Below, in pieces: positions 26,751 through 39,141 of a DNA stretch of 64,000 nt. How positions within the stretch are numbered: position 1 is the first letter of the stretch; each line of letters begins with the position of its first letter. The DNA is from Phyllosticta citribraziliensis (taxonomy: Eukaryota). The notes below the pieces were generated by a model, which did no database searches, was not told the DNA's origin, and was given only the letters and a program-made list of their open reading frames with translations. Position numbers and translations under genes: made by a program. Where the stretch lies: NCBI RefSeq assembly GCF_038025025.1, contig NW_027117344.1, positions 620,001 to 684,000 of the forward strand, in the 5' to 3' direction.

Positions 26751-29273
26751 TTAGAAGCGCTGCAAGACAGCCTTGACGGAGCCATCCAGCATAATCTGGC
26801 CGGGGACGAGCGCGTCCCTGATGCCCGACTGCGGCCCGCTGCCCTGGTGCAGCCAGCGCTGCAGCAAGTCGTTGCTCTCTTTCGGCTTGATGTCGTGGCT
26901 GGCCGTGCCGACCGTGACGTGCGCGACGTCATTGACCGTCTCGAAGAAGCCGCTGCCGCCGCTACCGCCATTGGCGTTGTTCTCCGAAGCAGCACCGGCC
27001 GGCCCGTCATTGGATGATGCAGGCTGGGACTCGTTGACGAGGCGGACGACAAAGCACATGACACGGTCGTCCCAGACGAGGCGCTCGAGTTGGATCTTGC
27101 ACTTGCCGAGCGGCGGGTCGCTGGCAGCGGGGTTCTGGTCGAGCGTCGCCTGGTGGAGATCCAGCATGCGTTGCCAGTGGTCGGGCTTGTCCTTGCTGGA
27201 GGCGCGGTGGATGAGCGTGACGTGAAAGTTGGGCTGCACGCGGCGGCTGCCCTGGAGCCGGCGGAAGAATTGCTGCGTCTCGGCGTCCTTGTCGCGGAAA
27301 ATGGCGTCGAGGATGCCGTGGACGCGTTGACTGGGGAGCGTGACGGCAAAGTAGTCGACTTTGGGCGCCTTGGCCTTCTTTTGTTGCAGACCCTGTTGAT
27401 TCTGCTGGCCTCCTTGCTTGTTTAGCTTGTTCTTGTTGCCGAAACTCAGATCGTGCTGGATGTCGGGCTTGTAGTTGTGCAAGGCCGCGTCAATAGCATT
27501 GTCGAGATCGGTGGCGGTAGGCATCTCGTTGAAGAGCTTGGGATATTCCGAATGCAACTGTGCTACGACAGTCTCGAGATTCTCCCGGGAGGAAGATGCG
27601 ACGTCCAAATCGATGACCGTGTCAAAGCCGTCGTCAGGCGGTTCGTCGGCGTTGAGAGGCTGGAAGCGTTCCAAGAATCCTTCCATGATGCCAATGACTT
27701 CTTTTGAACCCTTCTTGTTTGCTTGAATGGTTTGGTGATTGTCACCCCTGCTGAGAACGCGATCCTGCATGACCTTTCGGATCTGGTCATAGTTCTCGCG
27801 CTCATGAACGTAGTGGAGTGCCACGAGACTGACGCCAGGAATCGCCCGCGAGAGGTCCTTGATTATCTGCTCGCGTTCCCTCTTTTGATGGTTGTTCCTA
27901 TCAGCAATCATGACTGGATAATTCTTGAGCGTGCGGCAAATCTCCTCGACGAATCTCTGCGGACGATTCTTTTTGCCTTCAATATTGTCATTCTGAACAT
28001 GGCCCCAGCCAAAGAGCTTGGCGAGAGCGACAGCTACCGTGGTCTTACCGCATCCAATTGTAGCAATGGGAACCAGAACAACGTCTCTTGTGACATTCCT
28101 CTTCTCCGGACCCTCTTCACCGGCCTCAATCTCCTGTCTGATAATGTCGGACCCTTTGACGCCTCTCTCGCGCAAGAAATCATCTCGCAGCTTGATGATA
28201 CCATGGTTCTGGGTGTATGCCTTGGCCAGTGCTGGGTCGTTTGCCAGACGGCGCTTTGCGTAAGCCAAATACTCCTCAGTAATGGCCTTGTGTTTCTTGA
28301 CCTTGGGAGTTGCCTTGGCAATCAATGCCTTGGTACACTCTCTCCACTGTCTGTACATCAAGTAAGGCTCCTCAAACTTGTATTTGAAAAACCAGTCTTC
28401 CCACGGGGCATCTTCACTGTTCCGAGATTGGCATCGAATGACGAAGCCTTCCGTTTCGCGGCCGGCATACGATCCAGTCTCTGCCACCTTGTCTAGGAAG
28501 GTCTTGACACTCTGAATGTTGTCCTCCACGAGATACAGCGTCTTCTTGAATCCCCAATCGGTAGCGAATCGGTCGATGAGGTGGCCTGGGTACGTAGCAA
28601 ACTCTGGCAGGTTGAGATTGATACCGTGGAGGTACAGACCCGATTGTTCAGGATTGTAGGCAAGAACATGCTCCTCAAAAGTGTCATCACACAGCTCCGC
28701 CACAGCTGTTGCATTCATTTGCCTCAGAGTCTTTGCAAGCTGTTCCCGGGTTTTTCCAAGGCTCTGCAGCTGTCTGTCGACCCACTTCTCGCCTGCCTGG
28801 GAGTGGCTCAACGGAACATCGGCGCGTCCACCAGTCGAGTGTTTGCTGCACACGAGAAGGGTTCCATCGTCCAAGCCGGAGATGAAGATGATGCAGCCGT
28901 TTTCCTTGAGGCTCAATTCGTATGGTCCTCTAGTGTTCTTCTCGACATTTCTCCATTCCGTCTTTCTTACTTCGCCGTGGTTGAAGAATTTGTCGTAACC
29001 TCTCACGGCAATCTCCCAGTCGCCATTCAAGTTCTTGTAGGTAAACAAGCCGCGCGCGTAGGTCGGCAGGTTGGGTTTCTTGTAGTCCCAGTCTTGCATT
29101 TTCCAAGAGTCGACGGTCCGACCATTCGGCAGCTCGAAGGTGTGTTTCTTCACGGAGAAACCGCCTTTTGCCTTTGATTTGCCCTTCTTGCAGTGCTCAT
29201 CCAGGGTGTGCACTAATTGGCCGATTTCTTGTGGATCCTGCGCCTTGTGCGGCGCTTCTTGGCGATTCGCCAT
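26751..29273 (-). CDS. TRL1: Fungal tRNA ligase (ligase, kinase, CPDase), intronless; in-frame upstream ATGs at 29507 and 29564
   Basis: LPTYARGLF, RGYDKFFN, motif I KENG, EGFVIRC, FFKYKF, P-loop ATIGCGKTT, ADRNNH, CPDase HVT...HVT. Confidence 0.96.
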   Translation of the reverse strand: MANRQEAPHKAQDPQEIGQLVHTLDEHCKKGKSKAKGGFSVKKHTFELPNGRTVDSWKMQDWDYKKPNLPTYARGLFTYKNLNGDWEIAVRGYDKFFNHGEVRKTEWRNVEKNTRGPYELSLKENGCIIFISGLDDGTLLVCSKHSTGGRADVPLSHSQAGEKWVDRQLQSLGKTREQLAKTLRQMNATAVAELCDDTFEEHVLAYNPEQSGLYLHGINLNLPEFATYPGHLIDRFATDWGFKKTLYLVEDNIQSVKTFLDKVAETGSYAGRETEGFVIRCQSRNSEDAPWEDWFFKYKFEEPYLMYRQWRECTKALIAKATPKVKKHKAITEEYLAYAKRRLANDPALAKAYTQNHGIIKLRDDFLRERGVKGSDIIRQEIEAGEEGPEKRNVTRDVVLVPIATIGCGKTTVAVALAKLFGWGHVQNDNIEGKKNRPQRFVEEICRTLKNYPVMIADRNNHQKREREQIIKDLSRAIPGVSLVALHYVHERENYDQIRKVMQDRVLSRGDNHQTIQANKKGSKEVIGIMEGFLERFQPLNADEPPDDGFDTVIDLDVASSSRENLETVVAQLHSEYPKLFNEMPTATDLDNAIDAALHNYKPDIQHDLSFGNKNKLNKQGGQQNQQGLQQKKAKAPKVDYFAVTLPSQRVHGILDAIFRDKDAETQQFFRRLQGSRRVQPNFHVTLIHRASSKDKPDHWQRMLDLHQATLDQNPAASDPPLGKCKIQLERLVWDDRVMCFVVRLVNESQPASSNDGPAGAASENNANGGSGGSGFFETVNDVAHVTVGTASHDIKPKESNDLLQRWLHQGSGPQSGIRDALVPGQIMLDGSVKAVLQRF

Positions 29274-29791
29274 GGCGTGAGCTTCTCTGGAGATATTCGT
29301 GCGAAGAAACGAGTAGTAGAGGGGAGTGGTTTGCCGGGGGGTGGTTTGCGCGCGTGTCGGTAAAAGGGCGTTGCGAGAGTAAAACAAAGCTCGGTTGCCG
29401 CTGGAAGCCGGATTGAAAAGCAGACAGCGTTGTTTTGACGGAGAAACAAGGCGAAGAGAAGGACGAGAGGTCGAACGCGCACAACGAAGGAGAGAGTGGG
29501 TTGGCATGGAGTGAAAGAGCTGGTGGTTGTTTGAAAAATGTCGGCAGGAAAGCGTGAGCGTCATAGCTTGGCGGAGTCACCCACTGGACCGCAGACAGAC
29601 ACCGCCCACGCAGCACAGACCCTACCCCGCTGTCCGTCACCGGCACCCTGTTGACTCTCACCACATTTCCTTGACACTTTGCTTTGTACTCTATTGCAAT
29701 CTTTATTCATTGTGGTTCGTGAGTCCGTTCAAGCTAGGTAGGTATCTATGGCCCCCCTCCGTCGTACAGCAGCCCTCATTCACTACGACCT

Positions 29792-30846
29792 CTACTCGTC
29801 GTCATCGTAGAAGATCTTGGCGCCTCCGAGGAAGGTGCCATCGCAGACCTTGAAACGGCCCTTGAGGCTGCTCAGAGTCTTGACCTCATCCGCAGTCAAC
29901 TCCCAGCCGTCAAGCGCAAAGTTGCCTTCAATGCGCGAGGCAGTGACACTCTTGGGAATGACACTGGTGCCGCGTTGGATACCCCACATCAAGCTGCAAG
30001 ACAGTCAGATCATTTCCAGACAACTAGTCTCGTCTTCACTTACAGGACTTGCTGCACGCTCTTGCCCTTTGCCTTGGCAATCTCACCGACAACAGGGTCC
30101 TTGTACAGCGGCGAGTCGGTCGAGCCAAGGCAGCTGTAGGCAGTGAGGTGAATGTTCTTGCCCTTGCAGTATTCGAGGAGCTTGGGCGCCGGGTAGCTGG
30201 GGTGCAGCTCGTACTGGTTCACGGCCGGAGGAATCTTGGTCGTGGGGTGGTTGAGGAGAATCTCGAGGTTGTGCTTGCAAAAGTTGGAGACACCAATGTT
30301 GCGCACACGGCCAGAGGCAGGGAGCTTCTGCATCTCTTGCCTACACTCATGTCAGTCTTGTTAAAAAGGTTGTCAAGAAACGTACCAGGTCTTGATAAAG
30401 TCCCAGTCGGGCAACTCCTTCTGAGGGTTCTCAGGGTCCATGGATGCCGGCCAGTGGATCAGGTAGAGGTCCACATAGTCGGTCTGGAGGTCCCGAAGCG
30501 AAGAGGTAATGCCCTCCTCAACTCTGTGATGCCACGTGTTGTCGAGCTTTTTGCGCGTTCAATTAGCCTACGAGCAGTTCCTCAGTGAGGCAAAGAACTC
30601 TACCTTGGTGGTGAGCCAAATCTCCTCGCGAGGAACACCAGAATCCTTGATGCCGTCGCCGACCTCCTTCTCGTTCTGGTAGGCCAGAGCAGTGTCAATG
30701 TGACGGTAGCCCTTTTGAAGCGCAACCTTGACGGCCTCGCGCACTTCGTTCGGCTTGGATTGCCAGGTGCCGAGACCGACAGCCGGAATCTTAGCACCGG
30801 AGTTGAGGGTGTAGGTCTTCTTGGTGTGCTCAAGTGTGCCGGCCAT
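29792..30846 (-). CDS. Aldo-keto reductase (GCY1/glycerol dehydrogenase-like), 3 introns
   Basis: IPAVGLGTWQS, GYRHIDTALAY, EIWLTTK, RNIGVSNF, PAVNQYELHP, TAYSCLG, VIPKSV. Confidence 0.93.
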
Positions 30847-31462
30847 TGTGAATTGGTATGAGGTGTGGTGTGAGGGGTGGTTTGTAAAAGTGGAGGAAGA
30901 GGGGGGATGCGGTCAGGGCAGTTGGGAGCAGCGAGCTGTTATTTAGCTTTGATGCGAGGTACCCACAGCATGACGTTCCGGTTTGGCAAGCACCGGCATG
31001 GCTTGCATCGGGCCACCTGAGTCGACTCTGGAGTTTCGATAAGTCAAGAAAATTGTAGACTTTGACAGGCACACATGTTCCGGCTGAGAGGACCAAGTAC
31101 CGGCGCCGATTACTGGTCCTGCTATGCTGATAGCCCTGTGAGAGCCCTCATTCACGGCTTCAACGTCTGCCTCGTCTCGAGAAGGACCAGTCCCGATTGA
31201 CCAGGAGTCAAGTAGTTGTAGACGAAAGGGCGCAAGGGGCCATTTTTTCCGGGATATGAGCAGTAAACAAAAGCGTCGGCTGGTCTGTCTGGAGCCAAAA
31301 ACTGACTGCCATGGCGGGGTAAGGGCAGCTGTGGCGCGACATGACCGACGCCGATGATGCGCACCAGACACCGCCGCACGGTCTCCACGAGAGGGGCTTC
31401 TCGCGCCAAAGCTCCGTCACCGTCGACAACCTTCAACCCCACCACCACCATCCATCCAAGCC

Positions 31463-32267
31463 ATGTCGTCCGGTTTCGTCTCGGGCGGCACCAACGAGCA
31501 GCCAATCGAGCGAGACGAGGAATGGCTCAAGGCCCAGCAAGAGATTGAGGCCACCCGCAGGCGCAAAGAGGAGGAAAAAGAGCAGGACGGCGGCAAAAGC
31601 CTCTACGAGGTTCTCCAGGCGAACAAGGGTGAATTGCGGCTGGGACCGACATTCAATCGTGCACGGCAGCTAATATGATAGATCTTGAACCATCATAGCC
31701 AAGAAACAAGAAGCTTTCGAAGAATCAATCAAGTTCAAAAACCAATTCCGTTCACTCGATGAAGACGAAGCCGAATTTCTCGACTCGGTCCTAGAATCAA
31801 CACGGGCCAAAGAAGCCGCTGTCAGAACGGAGACGACTGAACAACTGGACGCCTTCCGCAGGCAACAAGAAGAAGCCGAAAGGGCTGCTCGCTTGGCTGC
31901 CGGGACCGAGGGGAGCCCAGCTGCCGAAGAAGAGCAATGGGTACCCGCGGGAAAGAAGCGCAAAAAGGGCAAGGATAGAGAGAATCTGCTCGGGGTCAAG
32001 CTTCGAAAAGCTTCAAGCACCGATGACAAGTCCACGAAGACGGCGGCGGAAAATGCTGCAGCGTCAGACACGAACTCAGGCGCGTCTGCCGGTACCAAAC
32101 CTACGCCGAGCACCTTGAAGGACGACTCTCCCAAGCAAGCTGCGTCATCATCAAATGGTTTGAAGTCGGCCGAAAGCTCGGAGATGAAAGAGAAGCCCGT
32201 CATTCCAAGCAAGCCCGCTCCTGCTGGACTGGGTCTCGCTGGATACTCGTCAGATGAGGATGATTAA
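31463..32267 (+). CDS. FAM192A/NIP30 (Fyv6-like) nuclear protein, 1 intron
   Basis: MSSGFVSGGT...KSLYEVLQANK|AKKQEAFEE..KFKNQFRSLDEDEAEFLD; C-terminal LGLAGYSSDEDD. Confidence 0.85.
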
Positions 32268-32691
32268 AAGGAAGTAATTGGCAGACTTGAGAAAACCGAA
32301 CGGAATGAAAGCTTGGAGGAGAATGATTTGATCAAAGCCTTGCCATCAAGGTAGTCAGACAGTAGAAGATGCGAGAGTATGTGAGCAATAAGCTCCAAAA
32401 AAAATCAATGTGACTGCAAGGATTGAAACCTCCACACAAGTTAGAAATGCTTCAAGTGATCAATACATCATTTGGGAATCTCATGAAGAATCTCATCCAG
32501 CCTGCCTACCAAGCTGCAGCCATACAACGGCATTTACTCGGCATTGAACACCGCTAAGAGACCTCCGGCGGCCGAGGAGCTCGCGCCAAAACCTCAAACG
32601 ACGTCAATCGCGGCATGAATTGACCAGCCTTGAGCAATCGGCACCATTGACACTCCAAAAACCTCCTCTCCACCTCAACCCCCGCTGCACC

Positions 32692-33758
32692 ATGGCACCT
32701 CCATCGCGCCCTCGAACACTCAACAAAGCCACGTTTCCCTCGGTATTTTCAAAGCTCAAGACGCAGACGTACTCCGATGTCTCACGAGGAACCGCGACGC
32801 GCAACATTCGCACCATTGACTGGAATCCCCTTGGCACTCTGATCGCCACGGGCGCATCAGACCGCACACTACGCGTCTGGAATCCGGAGAAGCCTCAAGC
32901 AAAGAATTCGACCGAGCTACGTGGACACACCAATTCGATTGAGCGCGTCGCATGGAACCCTACAAAGGAGTCGGAGCTGGCAAGTTGCAGCGCTGATGGG
33001 ACGGTCAGATTCTGGGACGTCAGGACAAAGCTTTGTATCTCCAAGGTCGAGGTTGGAGGCGAAGCTTTTACGCTGTCATGGAGACCAGACGGAAGTGAGG
33101 TGGTCGTTGGACGCAAGGTGAGTGAATGGATGGCGTTGTTGCGGAGGCCATGATTCTGACGCTTCACAGGACGATAGACTCGTTCCGATTTCACGCTCGA
33201 CCTTTACCGCATTGCCTATTCACCCGCAACCTGTGCAGACAAACCAGACGACGTTTTCTTGGAGCGGTCAAGAGCTGTTCTTGACGACGGGCGAGGGTCA
33301 CGTCAAGGTTCTTGACTACCCGTCTATGGTCTGTCAATAATCTACCTATAACCTGGATCATGGCTGACTAGACACAGAACGTAGTCCACACACTAAACGC
33401 GCACACATCTTCTTGCTACTCCATCTGCTACTCGCCAACGGCATCATACCTAGCCATCGGCGGCTCCGACGCACTCATAACATTGTGGGATACCAAGGAC
33501 TGGATCTGCCAGCGCACCCTCACCAACATGACCGGGCCCGTCCGCACCGTCAGCTTTTCCTTTGATGGCAGCTACATCGTCGGGGGTTCAGACGAAGGTA
33601 CCGGACTCGAAGTCGCTCACGTAGAGACTGGAGAATATGTTCACAAGGTGGAAATAAACTCTCCGTCTCCGTGCGTACAATGGCACCCGAGCCGCTACGT
33701 CCTCGCCTATTCGGACTCGACTGTCCTGAAGATTGTTGGTGGAGCTGAGAGGGGCTGA
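32692..33758 (+). CDS. TEX1: WD40 THO/TREX subunit 3, 2 introns
   Basis: WD repeats (IATGASDRTLRVW, LASCSADGTVRFWD, AIGGSDALITLWD, VRTVSFSFDG, VQWHP) matching THOC3/Tex1. Confidence 0.85.
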
Positions 33759-34113
33759 GGTTGATTCCAGTGTGGATGATTATCGACATTGTTGATCTGC
33801 TGGCTGCGCGTAAGCCGAGTTTGTTGAGATGAGCCAGGGAAGGCTCATAAATGACCGTATACCCCGAGTTTGGCGGCAGAGCTTACACTGTCGCTTTTGT
33901 TGAAAAAAGATACCAAGGTGAGTGCCGATCGACTGTATTTTATCTGTCTGACACCATTCAGCAAGATCACCAAAAGCGCCACGACTCATATAGTAACAAG
34001 AGATTTGCCAAACATGGCATTTCTACCCTTCAAATTCGCCGAGTCAATTGAAATGGAAAAGCACCATTCGCCATTTCTCAAATTCGCTTTTTCCTGAATC
34101 CACGTGCTTCCAA

Positions 34114-35902
34114 CTACAAATGTTTCGTGTTCTCCTCACTCTCCCGGAACCACCGCTCAAGCGCATTCCTATCCCTCACCCTGAGCCCAACCTTGAACTT
34201 CTTCGGCTCCATGGTCAAACTCGTAGGCAGAGCATTGGCCTCCAAGCAATCCATAATTGGCCTATCCTTAGGGTCCTTTGCCTCGATAATCTCAAACGCA
34301 GATATCATCCTCACAAACGCCGTAAAAAGCTCCCTATTCGCCAAGTGGCTGCCAGCGCACATCCTGCTGCCCGCACCGTAGCCGTAGTGAGGCGTACCGC
34401 TGACTTCTGGGTTGCCTTCCTCGTCGCTCTTCATGTACCGCTCGGGCTCAAAGTCGAACGGGTTCTTGAAGTGGTCTTCGTCGTAGTCGGCCGCGTACGC
34501 GTTCATGTAGAATGTGGTGCCGGCCGGGATGACGGCGCCCTTGTACTCGACGTCCTTGATGGAGACGCGCGGCAGAGAGATGGGGATGACGGTCCAGAAG
34601 CGCAGCGTCTCTTTGACGAGCGCCGTGATGTATGGGATCTTTTCTTCGACGAGGCAGTGCGACCATGCGTTGCCGTACGGGTAGACGCGCATGATTTCTT
34701 CGTACGCCTTTTTCTGGATGCGTTGGCCGGTGGACGAGGAGAGCGTTGCTAACCCCATGATCAGGTTGCCGGGGACTGTGTCTAGTCCTGCTGATACCAT
34801 GGACAGGCCAATGGAAAGGACCTCGGCTGGTAAATGTTAGCAACTGACAGTTCCAACTCTACTCGGTCACTCACCATGGTTCAGCTTTGCTTCCGGATCC
34901 TTCAACACATTGCCCGTAATGCACGGCTTGTCAGTCCCCTCGGCGATTCTCTCCTGGAGCATGTGTAGCAGCTTGTTCATGTAAACCTCGCGCCTCTTTC
35001 TGCTCTCCACCGCGCCCTGGTTCGTCTTGGTCGAAAACAGTCTCAGCAAGGGGACGTAGTCTTGCCAGTTGTTGCTGGTTGATCTGTAGTTGGAGATGAG
35101 CCGCTCCACATTCACAATCTCTCTTAGCATGTCGTCGTTGACGTTGCCGTCAATGCGGAAGCCGTAGTTTAGCGTCAAGCTGGTGTTGAGCGCAAAACGC
35201 TGGAAGTAGGGAGCGGGGTCTGAAGCGAGTTAGTTGGGTTTTTGGTGTAGTAAGCCTTCCACTCCTTTTCAGTCATATCTTGGCTACTCTCGTGCCATGC
35301 TCGACAAAAAAGCAAGAATCAAAGCTCACCGATGTCAACTTGGCCGTATTGGCTGTCCTTGAGCATCTCGATGATACTGACATACGATTCGAGGTCAATG
35401 ATGGGCATGTACGACTGCACGGCGGGCCTGTTGAGCGCCGTGGCCGCGGCCTTGCGTCGATTCTTGCACGACTCGTCCCACGGCGAAGTGCCGATGGTGA
35501 AGCCCTGGGAGCTAGACACGACCTTGTGGAAAGTGTGAAGCGTAGGCCTCGAAATAAGAGCAGATTGGTTGTGAATCCAGAGATCGCGGACAGAATCGAA
35601 GCTGTTGGCGAAGACGATGCGCTGGCAAAATGATCAGCACCATCCACACGCATTGAATCATTCGATTTATTGTCACTACTTACTCTGTTACCCAGACGAA
35701 CTTGGAAAACCGGACCGTATTTCTTGGACCACTCGCGCGCTACCTTTGGATGGTTTGTCCCCAGTTGAATCAGGTTTCCGAAAAGCGGCACTCCCGGAAT
35801 CTCTGGAATGCCCCTGATCTTGGGCATATCCGTCCGGTTGAAGTAGCGAATAAGGAAATACACGGCCACAACGGCGGCCAGGATCTGCACCGGTAACGAC
35901 AT
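34114..35902 (-). CDS. phacA: Cytochrome P450 CYP504 family, phenylacetate 2-hydroxylase-like, 3 introns
   Basis: YFLIRYFNRTD.PKI.G.PE.PG.P.FGNLIQLG, SSSQGFTIGTSPWDESCK, MVSAGLDTVP, ETLR, heme motif YGYGAGSRMCAG; adjacent to fahA and hmgA. Confidence 0.88.
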
Positions 35903-37251
35903 GGCGACAGATTTGGCGACCAAATAGCTACTGAGAAACCGTGCGGACCGCGATGACAGGAATTTAGACCGAGGAGTTGGGCAAAGGTAATGTCAACAAA
36001 CGAAAAGTCTTTGGAGGAGCTTTTATGCAGCGCCCCGAATCCATAGAGCAACCCGGCGGGTGACCCTGGAAAGCTAGAAGAGCAGGCATTCCGTCCCAGC
36101 GCTCGCCGTTCCGCACTCTCTAGCGTCACACACGCCTCCACTCAAACAGCTGCCATTAGCAGTGTTGTCATGTAGCAACTATGTCCCTCTTCCTCTCGGC
36201 CTTCGGCTTTCGCTATGTAGCCATTCAATACTTTGCTTATATAAAAAGAAGCTTTGCGTATTCGGCCACCGCTGATTGAGCAATTCTTCGACAGTCAAAA
36301 CTTTCGTATATCTCAGGGTGCTGATTTAGACACAGAATCGTCCAGCATGGTAACCTACATGTCTTCCTCACTCCCGCCACAAACCTGCCCAGTCAAGCGC
36401 TGCTTGCTGGCGCGTCAGTGGTGGAGCCCCATGTGGTCTCGTGCTGCTATGCTTCCACGCTGCAGGTGGCCAGGCGCCTCAGCTCATAGTGGATATTTCA
36501 CGAGGAGCAATTGGCCAGCTGCGACCAATCCGTCAGGCCCGTTTCGAGGTCATCTCTACATCCACAGCCATTCAGCTTTTCCATCGCCCCTTTTTTACTT
36601 CGTCGACTCGGGACGGAGGCTGAACTCGGGTCCGGAACCAGACGACAAAGCTTGCTCTCAATCGGCGCCCAGGTTCCTGGAGCATCATGGCCGGCGCGCC
36701 CTGTCAATGGCACCCTGTTGCGTTTTGGGGCGCGCAGTTGTAATTGGGCGCAGGCCATTGGGCGCGCGGGGATGCCGCTGCGAGTCGTGCGGACGCTTTC
36801 CGTCGTCCCGTCCCCGCCTTGTGGAGATGCTGGGACGTGCTCGCGCGCCTCCCCCGGATTCCTTGGGCGGGCGGGCGGAAAGGCGCCGTGCGGGGTGCTT
36901 GGGAGTGGAGATGGGGGGAGTGTCGGACAGGGGTAGCTTTTGCGCTTTTGCGGTAGGTGCTTGCGTGCATTGCGTCATTGGTTTGTCGAAATCGTCCGTG
37001 TTGTGAGAAGGCTTGTGCCGCTCAAGGCCGTGTATTCAGGGACAATTCGTGGGATATAGGACGAGCAGGCGGGAGAACCGTTTGGCTTGAATGTAAAGTT
37101 CAAAGTCATCAAGAAGCTCCGAGACTGCAATCACAATTGCCACGACTTCTTGCAGCACGCCTCGAGACTTGAGGCCAAATGAAAGAAGAGCAAGCACGAC
37201 ATGAATGATCTTGTTTGGTTTAACTAAAGGATGCACATACACAGATGTCGT

Positions 37252-38605
37252 CTAAAATGGAAACGTGAGCGCTGGCTCAATCTTCCCGCGGCACTGACCG
37301 AATCCAACAAGGGCTTCCTCGTCGCTGCCACACACGCCGGTGAAGATGACCTCATCACCATCGTGAAGAAATGTCCTCTCGTCTCCTCCCGAGAGCTTCA
37401 TGCTCAGCTTGCCATTTTGCGTCGACTCCAAAAGACAGCCCAGTGAGCCAGGAGTCGTGCCACTGATTGTGCCGGATCCAAGCAAATCACCTACGTTGAA
37501 GGGACACCCGCCTACTGTGTGGTGGGCGAGCATCTGCGGAAATGAAAAGAGGAGGTTCTTGCCACTGGTCTCGCAAATGGTTCCCTTGGTTCCAGAGCTT
37601 GCTGTGTTCTCGTCAGTCAAGAAGGAAGAGAGAAAGGAGCGAGCACTTACACTCAATGTCGACCTTCAACTTGATGTCTGGGACCGTCTCGTTGCGCTCT
37701 GATTTCATGTACGGCAGAATGTCCTCGTCATTCTCAAGCGGCTTGGTCAAGAAAGGCTCAAGTGCCTCGTACAAGACAACCCACGGGCTGACGCTCGTTC
37801 CAAAATTCTTGGCATTGAATGGACCCAGGGGAACGTATTCCCAAGCCTGGATATCACGAGCAGACCAGTCATTCATCATGACGACTCCAAAAATGCTCTG
37901 ATCGGCTTCGTCAACGGGTATGGGCTCGCCCAGCTTTGTGTTTTTGCACACAAACGCTCCCAGCTCCAACTCAAAGTCGAGCTTGCGCGAGGCCGAGAAG
38001 ATGGGCTTCTTGACCTCGGCAGCGGGGTTCTCCAAGAACTGGCCGCTCGGTCTGCGGATCGGGGTCCCCGAAACCACGACCGACGACGCTCTGCCGTGGT
38101 ATCCCACGGGCAGGTGTTTGTAGTTGGGGTTCAGGGCGAGCATGGGCCCGCGGAACATTTGGCCCGCATTGAAGGCGTGGTTCAGGCCGACGAAAAAGTC
38201 GGTGTAGTCGCCAATCTTGAAGGGAATGTGGTTCTTGACCTTGTCGAGAGGGACGAGGGCGGCTGTCTGAAGGGCGGCATTGTCCTTGAGAATTTCCGGG
38301 TGCGGCGTGTCTTCCAAAAAGATGTCCTGGATATACTTGCGGACCACGCTGTGAATTGGACGGCCGAGAGCCGCAAATGCGTTCAGCGTGGGCTCGGAGA
38401 AGACTTGCTGGTGTGGCTGGATGATTGAAAGCGCGGAGAATCCATTATTTGCGACAAAGACCTCGAGATCAAGGGCGGCATCACCGATTGCGATGGCTAC
38501 CCGGGGCTTGGGTGACAGAGGAGTGGATATGACACCAAACGGGATGTTGGCAAGGGAGAAGTGCGAGCCCTTGGGGATGTTGAGCCAGGAGCGGAGAGCA
38601 GGCAT
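37252..38605 (-). CDS. fahA: Fumarylacetoacetate hydrolase, 1 intron
   Basis: HFSLANIPFG, IGDYTDFF, LPVGYHGRASS, LDFELELG, NDWSARDIQAWEYVPLGPFNAKNF, GDLLGSGTISG. Confidence 0.96.
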
Positions 38606-39141
38606 GGTGACACGGTGATTCAACGAGGACTGTCGACGGAGGAGGAGGAGATGGCAGAAGAGTTGTAGCTGAAGCTGAAGCTGAGGCCGAAGCCGTAGCT
38701 CGAAAGCGTCAGCGCGGGCATAGCATGTAGGTTCAAGGGATGATGGTTCCTGGTCGGGTCCCCTCTGACGGAGCGATTCCGCACGTTTTCGGTTGGGGTG
38801 GCCAGTGCACGTCTTCCCCACACAGGGTTCCCGGCCTCCCGCCAACTCCACTTCCTCCATCCCATCTCCAGTTCCGCACTCGACGGCTACACCCTCACAC
38901 TAGTCCGCCGGGACAAAAGGCGACATGGACTCCAGCACCTCTGGCCGTGTCATCTCCTCCTACGACGATCCCAACAAGCCCTCCCCTTCTCAGATCCAGC
39001 AGCGCCGCGTCTGGTCTCGTCTTATCAAACGCATCCGCCTGCCGCGCTCCTCCCCCGCAACAAAGGTCCCAAAGAGCCTGGTTCCCTTGACTGAGCGCAA
39101 CCTCACCGAGCTCTTCAACCCCGACTACTGCGACGAGCACG

